DNA of 63,844 nucleotides, filler included, from Octopus bimaculoides (GCF_001194135.2; 12 parts of 11 records of this genome joined end to end with filler, not necessarily neighbours in it); one strand, 5' to 3'; shown: positions 11,286 through 24,140, counted from the whole stretch's first letter. A program made the numbers and translations. The notes: generated by a model not told the origin, from the letters alone.

Positions 11286-12005
11286 TGTATATATATATAT
11301 GCGTGTGTGTGTGTGTGTGTGTGTATGTGTGTGTGTGTGTGTGCACTTGTGTGCGCTCGCGCGAGTGTATTAGTGCATATCCATGTGTGTTTGTATATAA
11401 ATATGGATGCATGCATGTATATTGGCTTGTTTACGTCCCCGTAACGTAGCGAGATAAAATAAGTAGCAGGTTTAAAAATAAAAATTCTTCAAGGCGGTGA
11501 CCCAGAGTGGCTGCTGTTGAATGATTGAAACAAGTAAAGGATAAAAGATCTATATACACCTGTTCATCTTCTCACCAACTATCCCTGGGAGTTTCGTGGG
11601 GAAGGGGTAGGGTGCTTAGGCACTTCTTCCTTAAGGGTCTATTAATAGCACCGTCATTAGACTTTTCCCTCTGAATTCCCAAGCGTGACCAAGTGAGACT
11701 ATAGCCATCTCGTTTTCGGTCTGTCCCAAAGTCTTCAGCCGTTGACTTAGCTCGAAAAATCTTTCTTGCGATTCTTTCCTACGACATTTAATCCTATGTC
11801 CGTAATACCGGATTTAAAAGAAACAGGTCATTAATAGTAAAGCACCAAGGTCGGGTCAATGAAATTGCTATTGTGTACAAAAAAATATACTCGCCTGATG
11901 AATACGGTTTTTTTTTCATATTATGTAATAACTCTATTCATCAATAAAAAACACGCCTGAAACAGCTGTAGTGAGTGAACCACTATCCATCTGTTGTTAT
12001 TTGTT

Positions 12006-12054
<49 letters not shown>

Positions 12055-12107
12055 ATATATATACACATATAAATATGGTCTCCTGTATGTGAGTATATAT
12101 ATATATA

Positions 12108-12161
<54 letters not shown>

Positions 12162-12522
12162 NNNNNNNNNNNNNNNNNNNNNNNNNNNNNNNNNNNNNNN
12201 NNNNNNNNNNNNNNNNNNNNNNNNNNNNNNNNNNNNNNNNNNNNNNNNNNNNNNNNNNNNNNNNNNNNNNNNNNNNNNNNNNNNNNNNNNNNNNNNNNNN
12301 NNNNNNNNNNNNNNNNNNNNNNNNNNNNNNNNNNNNNNNNNNNNNNNNNNNNNNNNNNNNNNNNNNNNNNNNNNNNNNNNNNNNNNNNNNNNNNNNNNNN
12401 NNNNNNNNNNNNNNNNNNNNNNNNNNNNNNNNNNNNNNNNNNNNNNNNNNNNNNNNNNNNNNNNNNNNNNNNNNNNNNNNNNNNNNNNNNNNNNNNNNNN
12501 NNNNNNNNNNNNNNNNNNNNNN

Positions 12523-12562
<40 letters not shown>

Positions 12563-13346
12563 CATATGCATATATACAAACACACACATATATATATACA
12601 TATGCATCTCACACACACAGATCTTTATACGTGTACGTACATACCTACGTACATACACACATACATACACGCATACATACATACATATATCCAGACATGC
12701 ATACCCGCTCGCTTGTATACATGCACACAGCTATACATACACTATCATACATGCATGTACAATATGGCGGCTAACAAAACGAAGACAGGCAGCTCAACAA
12801 CAAAGAGAGAGACGAAATATTGTCGAAGCCACTCGACTCGGAGCGGGCGTCAGCCTTGGCCAAGAAGACCGGAGCATGTCATTAGCGGATTATCTAATAG
12901 TAGAAGGTTGTGGAAAGGGTTGGCGGTTGAGTTTGTTGGGAGGCTTATTATTGTGTCGTGTCGTGTCGGCAGAGGGCAGTACTGTCGATGGTGAACGGTG
13001 ATGTGTAGAAGTGTAGGAGGACAATATTGTTCGATAGAAAGGGCAAGGAAGCTGGTTGAGAACGAGTGAAAATTTGATATGACACGCCCGCGGGAGAACC
13101 ACCGGTGGTGGTGGTGGTGGTAGTGGCGATGGTGAGGGCGGTGTGTGTGTGTGTTTGAGTGACTATGGTTGTGATTGACGTGGTAATGCTGGTGGTGGAG
13201 GCGGTGGTGACAGTGTTGGCGGTGGTAAAGTTGTAATGGGTATTGGCGGTTGCCGTGGCGGTGGTGGTTTGACGGTTAGCAAGTAGTGTGTGTGTTATTG
13301 TAGTTATTCTTCCGAATGCTACATGCAAACACACACACACACACAC

Positions 13347-13391
<45 letters not shown>

Positions 13392-13988
13392 GAGGCACAC
13401 ACACACACACACACTTGCACGCACACACATACATGCACGCATGCACGCACGCACACACATACACGCACGCACGAACATATGTGAGCGTGTGTTTACGTAT
13501 GTATGTGTATGTATGTCTCTATATAGATACATACTTATTTGCGTGTGTGTATAAATTTGTACATATACACATACTTACATATATACCTGCCTGTGTATGT
13601 GTGTGTATGTGTATGTGTTTGTGTGTGTGTGTGTGTGTGTGCATAGGTGTGTATGTGTTTTTCAGTATGCGATTGCATCTATGTATGTATGTATGTACGT
13701 ACGAATGTATGCATGTATGTATGTATGCATGCATGTATGTATGTGTGAGTGTGTATGTGTGTGTATGTCTGGGCATGTGTGTGTGCATACACAATGTCTG
13801 TTTCCTCAAAGCACTTCTTGTAAATACAAACTAAACCTCTATTTTTCGGTGAATGAACCCCCACCGCACTCGCAGGACCCCACACCACCACATTATTATT
13901 ATCATTATTATTATTATTATTATTAATATTATTATTACCACCATNNNNNNNNNNNNNNNNNNNNNNNNNNNNNNNNNNNNNNNNNNNN

Positions 13989-14000
13989 TTAATTAATTAA
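13989..14000. other. Assembly gap linker TTAATTAATTAA (artefact; ~11 occurrences, always between N runs)
   Basis: Same 12-mer between Ns at e.g. 20403, 24364, 26407, 29712, 33536, 39958, 45491, 50088, 52360, 61995. Confidence 0.95.
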
Positions 14001-14043
14001 NNNNNNNNNNNNNNNNNNNNNNNNNNNNNNNNNNNNNNNNNNN

Positions 14044-15029
14044 NGGTCTCATGAAGCTGTAGTGGATGACACCAGCACTGGACCACCAAACAAAGAAACA
14101 AACACCATTAGCTTCTTTTGGTGAATGTTCTTCTGTTGGATTGTGTTTTGGCATTTCGTCTCTATCCAACCACCGTGCAGAATGCTTGCTATTGTTGAAA
14201 ATAATCCACTTTTTCTCATACGATGCAAAACTGGTTCGGTTTTATGCCGTGACAGCAAAGAACATCAAGTTTCAAGACGACTTGTCATTTGATGCTCGTT
14301 CAATTCCTGTGGCACCCACATGTCCAGCTTCTTTACCTTGCTGGTTTGTTTCAGATGGTCCAATGCAGTTGGAATTGGAACATCAAACCTTGCAACTAAT
14401 TCACTCGTAGTTTGAGATGTATCCACCTCCACTACAGTTTCTAGCCCATTATTATCCACCTTGGTTTCAGGTCTACCGCAGGGCAGACTTTCATCGATGT
14501 ACAGTGCACTCATTGATATTTCAAGCTGTCTGGGATGCACTGGTTACACGACAGAACTCATTCATAAAGGCGGCGAGCTGGCAGAATCGGTAGCACGCCG
14601 GGCGAAATGCTTAGCGGTATTTCGTCTGCTGTTATGTTCTGAGTTCAAATTCCGCCGAGGCCGACTTTGCCTTTCATCCTTTCGGGGTCGATAAATTAAG
14701 TACCAGTTACGCACTGGGGTCGATGCAATCGATTTAATCCGTTCGTCTGTCCTTGTTTGTTCAATCTATGTTTACTCCGTTGTGGGCTATAAAGAAATTA
14801 GAACTCATTCATAGACAATGCGAAGTTTTGATCTATCCATGGGTTCACAAAAATTGATTTACAAGAGAAATCTCACAATATAATCAGACACCATGAACTG
14901 CATTTCAAAATGTAATGATGTAACTCTTCAATGTTGTAAAACAAAGAATTGTCAGGATATAACATTAGAGTTAACGGCTGTCAAACTTGGTGCGTAAGAA
15001 AATCAGACATTTCATTCATAATAAACTGA
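14044..15029 (-). mobile_element. mariner (DD34D-type) transposon, 5' ~1 kb, decayed transposase interrupted by a SINE
   Basis: TA|TCAGTTTATTATGAATGAAATGTCTGATTTT TIR at ~15000-15029; ATG at 14840 (MDRSKLRIV); GRPETKVDNNGLETVVEVDTSQTTSELVARF; KVKKLDMWVPQELNEHQ; LLSRHKTEP; IHQKKLMV. Confidence 0.88.
14567..14799 (+). mobile_element. Full-length OR2-like SINE with 14-bp TSD
   Basis: Head AAGGCGGCGAGCTGGCAGAATCGGTAGCACGCCGGGCG...GAGTTCAAATTCC; TSD AGAACTCATTCATA at 14553-14566 and 14800-14813. Confidence 0.92.
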
Positions 15030-15031
15030 TA

Positions 15032-15140
15032 TACCGTGGGTTTCTTTCAGTTTCCGTCAACGAAATTCAGTCAATAGTAGAAGTGGGACTGAACCCGAGA
15101 CCATGTGGTTGGGAAGTAAACTTCTTACCACACACCCACG
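15032..15140 (-). mobile_element. OK-like SINE, 5' fragment with internal deletion
   Basis: TTTCTTTCAGTTTCCGTC...AGTGGGACTGAACCCGAGACCATGTGGTTGG. Confidence 0.75.
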
Positions 15141-15432
15141 CGCTTTTACTCGTACAGGAGAGATATCAGAGGGAAATAATCGATTTGAGATTTAACTAAA
15201 AACAAACCTGGTATCAGCAATGTTCTATTGTGGATGGTGTTCTCGATTGACAATATGGCATCCAGCGTCAGTAAAAAGATAAAAATATTACAATGATTTG
15301 AATGGCGTCTTCGTTTCATAATTACTGTACCTCGTTTTACTTTGGAATAAAAAATATTATTAGTTGTAAATGTTATATCATTGTACAACTATTTGTCTCT
15401 GCCTGCCTGTCTGTCTTTTTATCTGTCTTTGT

Positions 15433-15473
<41 letters not shown>

Positions 15474-15552
15474 GTGTGTTTATATGTATTTATATATATA
15501 TATATATATATATATGTGCGTCTATGTATATATACATGTGTGTGTGTTTATA

Positions 15553-15588
<36 letters not shown>

Positions 15589-16374
15589 TGTATGTATGTA
15601 TGTATGTATGCACACCTATAAAGACCTAGGAGAGAGTATAAGGTGCATATATACGAGTGTCTGCGTGTAATATATATGAAGGTGAAAAAAAATGGATGAA
15701 TAAAACGAGGATAAACAAGTGTGAAAGTTGAATAATATAAAAGGAACGAGAGAAGGATAAATTAACGTAAATAAACAAACAGACAGACAAACAAACGAAG
15801 AACGGAATTCAGAAGGTGAAAAAGAATGAAAAAAAAAAGAGAAAAGCGAATGCGAGAAACGAACGCTCTTCTCGTCTGACAGAAAACTTAAAAGTAAAAA
15901 TTCTTGAAAAAGCGGGTAATATTTTTACGAAATGAAATTTATTTCAAAAGCTCTTCACTTCTTAAATTCGCGTTAATTAAAACAATTAGTAAAATTAATT
16001 CTAATTAATTTCATATTATCTAAACATTATCTGCATTTGTTACAAATGGATTTTATGAAACAATAGCGTTGGCGATGGAGTCGACTGAGGTTGTTGTATT
16101 GGTAGTGGTGGTGGTGGTGGTAGTGGTGGTTTTAGTGGCGATGATGTTTATGTTGTAATTTACTCTGTTGGTAATTTAAATCTAAAGATCAAGGGTTCGT
16201 TTCTTGTTAAAAGAACTCTCCGTTTAAAAACATGTTGTTCGTGTTATTAACTTCGTGGACTTGTAGCCAGGACATTGGGTTCTTGATTATAACTTTTACC
16301 GCTTTCATTCCTGGATTCTGTCTCATTTTGCATCTTTGAGCAAGGAATTTCATTTCGCGTTATCTATATAAAGA

Positions 16375-16709
16375 TGGAGGCGCAATGGCCCAGTGATTAG
16401 GGCAGCGGACTCGCGGTCATAGGATCGCGGTTTCGATTCCCAGACCGGGCGTTGTGAGTGTTTATTGAACGAAAACACCTAATGCTCCACAAGGCTCCGG
16501 CAGGGGATGGTGGCGAACCCTGCTGTACTCTTCCACCTCAACTTTCTCTCACTCTTAATTCCTGTTTCTGTTGTGCCTGTAATTCAAAGGGTCAGCCTTG
16601 TCACACTCTGTGTCACGCTAAATATCCCCGAGAACTACATTAAGGGTACACGTGTCTGTGGAGTGCTCAGCCACTTGCACGTTAATTTCACTGGGCCATT
16701 GCGCCTCCA
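16375..16709 (+). mobile_element. OR1-like tRNA-derived SINE, 3'-truncated and capped by an inverted copy of its own first 22 bp
   Basis: Head GGAGGCGCAATGGCCCAGTGATTAGGGCAGCGGACTCGCGG...GGTTTCGATTCCC; 16688-16709 is the exact reverse complement of 16375-16396. Confidence 0.85.
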
Positions 16710-17262
16710 CATTAATGCTTATATGCGTTCCTAAATATCTGTATATGCGTTCGTCGATTTGTATGCGTTTATAAAAATAATCTCTGTATTAACATGTTTC
16801 GTCGATGTATGCGAATATGCGTATGTCCTTGTGTTCCTATATGTGAATGTGTGAGAGATTGACTTTGTTCTCCATTGTGTAAAAGTTGGTGTGTATATGT
16901 GTATGTGTTCATGAAATATGTATGTTTGTACGAATGGATGTATGCCTGCATGCATGAAAGTTTGTGTGTGTTTAGGTTGCTCTGTGCTTCTTCTAGGACA
17001 TTTGTGTATGACTCCCTTTGTAAACGCACACACATATATATATATATATAGATATATATATATATACATGCATGTATATATGCATATATATATGTATATA
17101 TATGCATATATATATATGTATGCATATATGTATATATATGCATAGGTATATATGTATGCATATATGTATATATACGCATATATGAATATATGCATGCATA
17201 TATATATGTACATATATATGTGTATATATATATATATATATATCCATATATGCATATATATG

Positions 17263-17293
<31 letters not shown>

Positions 17294-17577
17294 GTATTTT
17301 TATATATATATACATATATATATGTATATATATATGCATATATATATATATATGTCTGTTTATATATATATATATATATATATATACTCACACACACACA
17401 CACATATATACACGCGTGCATGGTATACGTGGGCGTATGAGTATGCATATGCGTGTGTGAACATTCGGCACGGTGTAGGATATGCGTGAAACTGTTACCT
17501 AAATCGCAGTGAAATGCCATTGTTTTCCAGAATGGTTCCATCTGTTCAAACTTGGCTTTTAAAAGCATAAAGAAAAT

Positions 17578-17627
<50 letters not shown>

Positions 17628-17648
17628 NNNNNNNNNNCCTGTATGTAT

Positions 17649-17680
<32 letters not shown>

Positions 17681-17749
17681 TTGTGTATGGGTGTAAAAGA
17701 AAAAATAAAACTATATAAAATTTATATATATACAAATACATATACATGG

Positions 17750-17790
<41 letters not shown>

Positions 17791-18399
17791 TGTGTGTGTG
17801 TGTGTGTCTGAGTAAAGCAAAATCGAGAAAGAATGGTAGAAAGTGAAATGAAAAACTTAAAACTAAAAAAGATGTAAATAATTAAATAAATAAAATATAA
17901 CTAAAATGACGGCTTTTGCTATGACATTCCGCAGATGATACCGGAAACGGAAATCAACTTGAGAAGAAGAAAAAGAAAAAAAAACAACTACGTGTGTGTA
18001 TGTGTGTGTGCAAGTGTGCGAGTATATATACGTAGTTTACGAAAAAGAAATATGGCGGCCAATGCATATTACTTAATTTACGGTCGCACAGATAATCACA
18101 TCGAAAAAAAGACATATATACGCATACACACACACACAGACATACACACATGCACACACAGTTTCAACATATGTGCCTGTCTGTCTGTTTGTCTATCTGT
18201 TTCGTTGTCTATCTCTCTTTCTTTCACCCATCTACACACACATATAAACGCACATTTTCCCATACATTTACATATATATTTTCACATATACATACATATA
18301 TATATATGTATGTATGTATATATGTATGCATATATATATATGCATACATACATATATAGATATGTGTATATATATGTAAGCATATATATATATATGCAT

Positions 18400-18460
<61 letters not shown>

Positions 18461-18696
18461 AGCGCACACATACATACATAAACGCATACATACTCATGAA
18501 TAACATTTCTCAATTTTAACCACACACAAACACACACATATGTATAAAGACATGAATACGTACGTAACATAACACACACATACATAGTCATACAGAAATA
18601 CAACGGCTATAGCGTACAAATATTCACATCACATTTTGTGTCTCTCTTTACTTTCCTATAATGCACAAAAACACACACATATATACTCGTACACAG

Positions 18697-18743
<47 letters not shown>

Positions 18744-19429
18744 AATGAATTATATACGGATATGAGTGTATATATATATATATATATATATATGTGTATG
18801 TATGCGCACACCTATGCATATTAAAAAAATGAAGAGTGATGCGCATGCTCGCATAAATGCATATACATTCATTCTCTATCACCCTCCTCTTTTGACCTCT
18901 TTCACTCTGTATGTNNNNNNNNNNNNNNNNNNNNNNNNNNNNNNNNNNNNNNNNNNNNNNNNNNNNNNNNNNNNNNNNNNNNNNNNNNNNNNNNNNNNNN
19001 NNNNNNNNNNNNNNNNNNNNNNNNNNNNNNNNNNNNNNNNNNNNNNNNNNNNNNNNNNNNNNNNNNNNNNNNNNNNNNNNNNNNNNNNNNNNNNNNNNNN
19101 NNNNNNNNNNNNNNNNNNNNNNNNNNNNNNNNNNNNNNNNNNNNNNNNNNNNNNNNNNNNNNNNNNNNNNNNNNNNNNNNNNNNNNNNNNNNNNNNNNNN
19201 NNNNNNNNNNNNNNNNNNNNNNNNNNNNNNNNNNNNNNNNNNNNNATGCAAATGCATATATATATATCTATATATCTATATGTGTATATGTATACGTATG
19301 TGTATAAATATGAGTGTCTATGTATGATACGTGGTCAAGATTCAGTAACTTTCAGTAATAACCTGTAAAACAACAATGGCGTGACTTCTCAGAACCTAGG
19401 CGCTACTTTTGGCTCATCCTGTATGTGTG

Positions 19430-19471
<42 letters not shown>

Positions 19472-20179
19472 TAAAATGAAATGAAGTATTGAATGTCTTA
19501 TTGAATATATGAAATATTGAGTATTAAATATCTAAGGACTAGTATACTTTCCTGCCTCAAGGCAGTCATCAAGAACCCGTCTGACAGACGTACTGTAGTT
19601 GAATGGCTGTTCTTTTGTCTTTTATACATATTCCTTTGGACATCAGTAATAGGTGTTTGGCTATTTTTTAGTGATGATGCCAAGTTTATTTTTAGAAATT
19701 ATGACATTTGAGAGATTTTTTGTGTTTTAGTTACAGGGATAAGATTTCTAAATCCCAAGTAAGATTAATTTAATCATTGTTTGTTAAGAGTGTGTTTGAA
19801 TTTCTTAATAAAGTCCTTTTCTTTGCGTTTTAAATGCCACTAAGCGTCTTATCCGGCGTGATAAAGATTCCGCTAGCGCAGGGACATAATGAATAATAAT
19901 GGTGGTGGTGGTGGTGGTAATGGTGGTGATATTTAAGGGGTATGTTACTGCTACTAATGTTAAGAGTGGTGGTAATGATGTGACAGAGATGATGATGATG
20001 GTGACACCAACGATGATGGTGATGGCGGCGTAGGGAGGTGCGGTGGTGGCAGTGACGCTCATCAAGACGATGGTAGATGATGATGATAGTTGTGGATGAG
20101 GCGATGATGATGATTTGTGCTGTATCATAATGTAGTTTTTGGTAAGGTTTTGAAAAACCAAATAGAAATAAAATTCAGC

Positions 20180-20212
<33 letters not shown>

Positions 20213-20458
20213 TGTCTGTCTGTCTATCTGTCTGTATATATATATAGTCTATCTATCTATCTATCTATATGTGTGTGTGTATCGATAAAGAGCAGATAGT
20301 TACTTAGATAAATCGATAGACAGATAAACGGGCGGACAGTTACAAATATACATTCATANNNNNNNNNNNNNNNNNNNNNNNNNNNNNNNNNNNNNNNNNN
20401 NNTTAATTAATTAANNNNNNNNNNNNNNNNNNNNNNNNNNNNNNNNNNNNNNNNNNNN

Positions 20459-20964
20459 CTTCCCATCTTCGACCTGACGTGATACGCACGGACCCGGGTT
20501 TCTAGGTATTTACCCGCCAGCTGGAGGAGGTGTCTTCCTGGGGCTACAAGCTACAGTAGCATCCACCCTTAGCGGTTAGCCACATTTAAGTGACAAATAT
20601 ACTTCAGATTGTCGTGTAGCTACTGTTTATACCTCGTTCGGAGATTTATTATTGCTTGTTTGCACCTTTTCGAGATCAGTGACTTTTCGTCACTGGAAAA
20701 AGGATATATGTATTTGCATTGGGACCTCTTCGCATCGAAGACCGGTGATTGTCGTGCGCTGATGACCGGTAAATACCTAGAAACCCGGGTCTGTGCGTAT
20801 CAAGTCAGATCGACGATGGGAAGGATGGCTTCCCTTTGCAAATACCGATTAGGGCACAGAAAGTGTGTCAATAGCCAGCTGGAGAACGTGTCCTCCTGGG
20901 GCTACAAGCTACAGTAGCACCCACCCTTAGCGGTTAACCACATTTAAGTGGCAAATATACTTCA
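20459..20964 (+). mobile_element. Retrozyme-like / pseudo-LTR element: 358-bp unit, partial second unit, 5' inverted segment
   Basis: Direct repeat 20516-20606 ~ 20874-20964; 20459-20515 is the reverse complement of 20767-20823 (~5 mismatches in 57); HHR inside. Confidence 0.65.
20753..20797 (+). ncRNA. Type I hammerhead ribozyme motif
   Basis: CGTGCG-CTGATGA-ccGGT(aaat)ACCta-GAAA-CCCGGG-TC-TGTGCG; perfect core, palindromic stem III, GUC site at 20789-20791; base of stem II mispaired. Confidence 0.7.
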
Positions 20965-21493
20965 TATATATATACTTCATATATATATNNNNNNNNNNNN
21001 NNNNNNNNNNNNNNNNNNNNNNNNNNNNNNNNNNNNNNNNNNNNNNNNNNNNNNNNNNNNNNNNNNNNNNNNNNNNNNNNNNNNNNNNNNNNNNNNNNNN
21101 NNNNNNNNNNNNNNNNNNNNNNNNNNNNNNNNNNNNNNNNNNNNNNNNNNNNNNNNNNNNNNNNNNNNNNNNNNNNNNNNNNNNNNNNNNNNNNNNNNNN
21201 NNNNNNNNNNNNNNNNNNNNNNNNNNNNNNNNNNNNNNNNNNNNNNNNNNNNNNNNNNNNNNNNNNNNNNNNNNNNNNNNNNNNNNNNNNNNNNNNNNNN
21301 NNNNNNNNNNNNNNNNNNNNNNNNNNNNNNNNNNNNNNNNNNNNNNTATATTTACGGAGCAAATAATTCAGGAGTGAATATTTACGAAAATATTAACTTT
21401 ATTATTATCTAGGTTAATATAAGTGATAATAACAGAATTAATATAGGCGATTGCAGGTTTAAAAAAGCATTAAATAGCTTGAGGATTAAAATT

Positions 21494-22010
21494 TATATTA
21501 ATCAAAGGACATACTGTGTATATCTACATGCTAGAAACAACAGTCGAAGCCCTTGTTTAAACCGCCGAAAAAATAATACTGATATTAGCTACAGAAGTCA
21601 ACCATACGCAAGTAAAACGGACAAGAAAATCATTCAACATACTGATATAGCATCCAGCTATAAATTTTCCAGTATTTGGACTCACGTGGATCGGTTTCTG
21701 GACTGGCCCTTACCTTCCTCGGAACGTGTTACAAATCCCACCAACCCGTCACGAATTTTTCATCGTGGTAACACGTGGTGAGGTAGGTAAGGCTATAATG
21801 CCAGTCCAGAAACCGATCTACGTGAAAATATATAGAAAATATATAGGTGGCTGCTATATAGGTATGTTGAATGGTTTTCTTGACCCGTTTACTCGCGTAC
21901 GGTTGACTTCTGTAGCTAATAGCAGTGCTATCTTTTCGGCGGTTTGAATAAGAGTTTTTACTGTTATCTCTAGCAGGTAGACATACTGAGTAAGTCCTTT
22001 GATTAATATA
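21494..22010. mobile_element. Foldback / long-TIR MITE, ~215-bp arms and ~90-bp spacer, TA-flanked
   Basis: 21494-21709 is an imperfect reverse complement of 21800-22010; the two opposite-strand ORFs translate to near-identical peptides (INQRTY...SYRSQPYASK...HVDRFLDW). Confidence 0.88.
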
Positions 22011-22048
22011 TATATATATATATACATACATGTATATGTGTGTGTATA

Positions 22049-23962
22049 CAGATACTCAATCACTAATCCGGTATCGTTGGGACCTGGAGAGTGCCGGATT
22101 AGTGATTTTGCCGGATTATCGATTGATTAAGTATGGTAGGTTAGGTTCGGTAAGATACCCTTGTAAATCAGTACAAGTTGGTTAATAAAGAAAAGAGAAA
22201 CATGAAATGAAATTTTAGAGAAGTTTTATTGAAATCAAATGAAGTTGAATAAAATTTTAGTAAAACTCAGGTCCAACGAGTGGTAAAGTACTGGTAAAAT
22301 AATTGTGTTGACGTACACACAGATCATCACTGAGGTGAGGGGATATCAGGATTGCCATCTTCCTGAGATAAAGGGCTGTCAGGACTTCTGTCTTCATTAT
22401 CTTGTAAGGTGAATGAAATATCAGGAACTGGGCGAGATGATGTGTACTCCTCTGTTGTACACTTTCTAGCTATTTTTTAGAACATATCTTGCAAGCTAAG
22501 TTTATCAGTTGATCAGTTTATACTGAAGCATGTAAATGTTCCTTATTTCTTGTTCACCTATAAAGCTGCGTTGATCTAGACCTTTTGGCAGTTCACCTGT
22601 TAGCTGAATTGACTGATCAATGGAAACTCTTTCTCTTACACCTTTCTCATTTTCACCACTGCTTTCTCCTTCACTGTCTTGCTGCTGGGGATTTACAACC
22701 GTCTACTCAATTTCTTGGTCAGAATAAGGATGAACAACAGCTGCATTTTCATCAACATTTATCCATTTCTCAATGTTAGATTCATCCAGCTTTGATGCAA
22801 GGTCCTCCACTCTAGGATTGATCAGATCATTAGCAAAAGACAACTGACCATTTATAAGCTGTTTTTCTTTTTGAAGGCCTAAATCTTGTAAAGTTTTGTT
22901 CAAATCATTCACCTGGTGTTGTCTCAAGCATTAACCGTGCCCACAAGTTGTGCCATCCATTCTTCAGTAAGTATGCATCTACAGATTTCCGACCATTAAC
23001 AACACAGTAAACCATAATCTCTCATTAAATTCCTTAAGAACCTCACGTACTGTCTTCCCAGAGTTAACCGCACTCAGTAGTCGCCTCATAAAATCAGTGC
23101 GATACTTCGACTTTAATGAACGTAATTTTCCATTGTCCAGAGTTTGAATTAATGAAGTGCAGATAGGTGGGAGATAGAAACCAAAAACATTATTCTTTAC
23201 AAGGAGTTTTGCTTTCGGATGCGCGGAGCAGTTATCTAAAATAAACATTAACTTACAGTTGCGGTCCAGGCCAAAAGTTATCAGCTGCATCCTTGTCAGC
23301 TGATCACTTTTCATTACACACGGCAGGAAACTGTAACCTACGACAATCCTTGAAACGCCACAGCCAGCCTTCACTGTAATCGCACTCGTTTTCCAGTCCG
23401 TGTTCTTCATGGAATGTTTTTGCTTGTTCCTTCCCAAGATCACCCGACAGCTTCCCTTTCACTCAATCTAAACCACTTCATCAATGCGTGATCTAGTTCT
23501 ACACTTTTACCAGTCTTCATTGTTTTTCTTTTATACACTTGATTCTTTGATTCACTGTTGGCAAAGAAACGGAGTGCTCTTTCTGTTTTTCTATGTCGTA
23601 AACTGTCGAAGATCCAACGTTGTATAATCCACACAATCTTAACACAGACACACTGCTGTCAAGTTTTCCCAACAGTTCAACTTTTACTTTTATGGACAAT
23701 GTACGGTGTTTACGCTTTACGCCATGAGAAGCACTTATTTTATGCATTGGAACAATGGCTGGGGCTAAAAGTGAAAAAGATATAATAATGAATGAAAAAA
23801 AAAATCACTGGAAAGGCCTGCCTTTGTTTACAAATGATGTGAATGTGTTTATCCAGCAAGTAGCGCCAACAAGTCGTAACGGCCGGTTGGTGCGACGACC
23901 TGGGAAATTTGAAATTATTTGAAAATTTTTCTAGCTGAAATTAATACCGGATAACTGATTGA
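22049..23962 (-). mobile_element. Tigger/pogo DNA transposon, internally deleted; one TIR intact, the other truncated by a SINE
   Basis: TA|CAGATACTCAATCACTAATCCGG at 22049; CCGGATAACTGATTGA at 23947-23962; transposase remnants between them. Confidence 0.8.
22330..23747 (-). pseudogene. Tigger/pogo (CENP-B/JRK-like HTH + DDE_1) transposase pseudogene
   Basis: KRKHRTLSIKVKVELLGKLD...VGSSTVYDIEKQKE (psq HTH); RKTMKTGKSVELDHALMKWF (CENP-B HTH); ILDNCSAHP...FYLPPICTSLIQTLDNG (DDE_1); several frameshifts. Confidence 0.9.
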
Positions 23963-23964
23963 AC

Positions 23965-24140
23965 CGCCGTTGGTGTGCTTACGTCTCTGTAACTTATCAC
24001 TTCGACAAAAGACCAATAGAATAAGTACCTGACTAAAAAAGAAAATAAATACTGGGATCGATTAGTTCGACTAAAATTTCTCAAGGCGGTGCCCCAGCAT
24101 GGCAGCAGTCTAACGACTGAAACAAGTGAAAGATGAAAAA
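23965..24140 (+). mobile_element. OK-like SINE, 3' half
   Basis: GGTGTGCTTACGTCTCTGTAACTTA...AAGGCGGTGCCCCAGCATGGCAGCAGTC...GACTGAAACAAG. Confidence 0.75.

Noticed and set aside
12763-12994. ORF MAANKTKTGSST... in unique GC-richer sequence
   Set aside because: No recognisable domain and no splice support; only the YY1-like AATATGGCGGC motif was noted.
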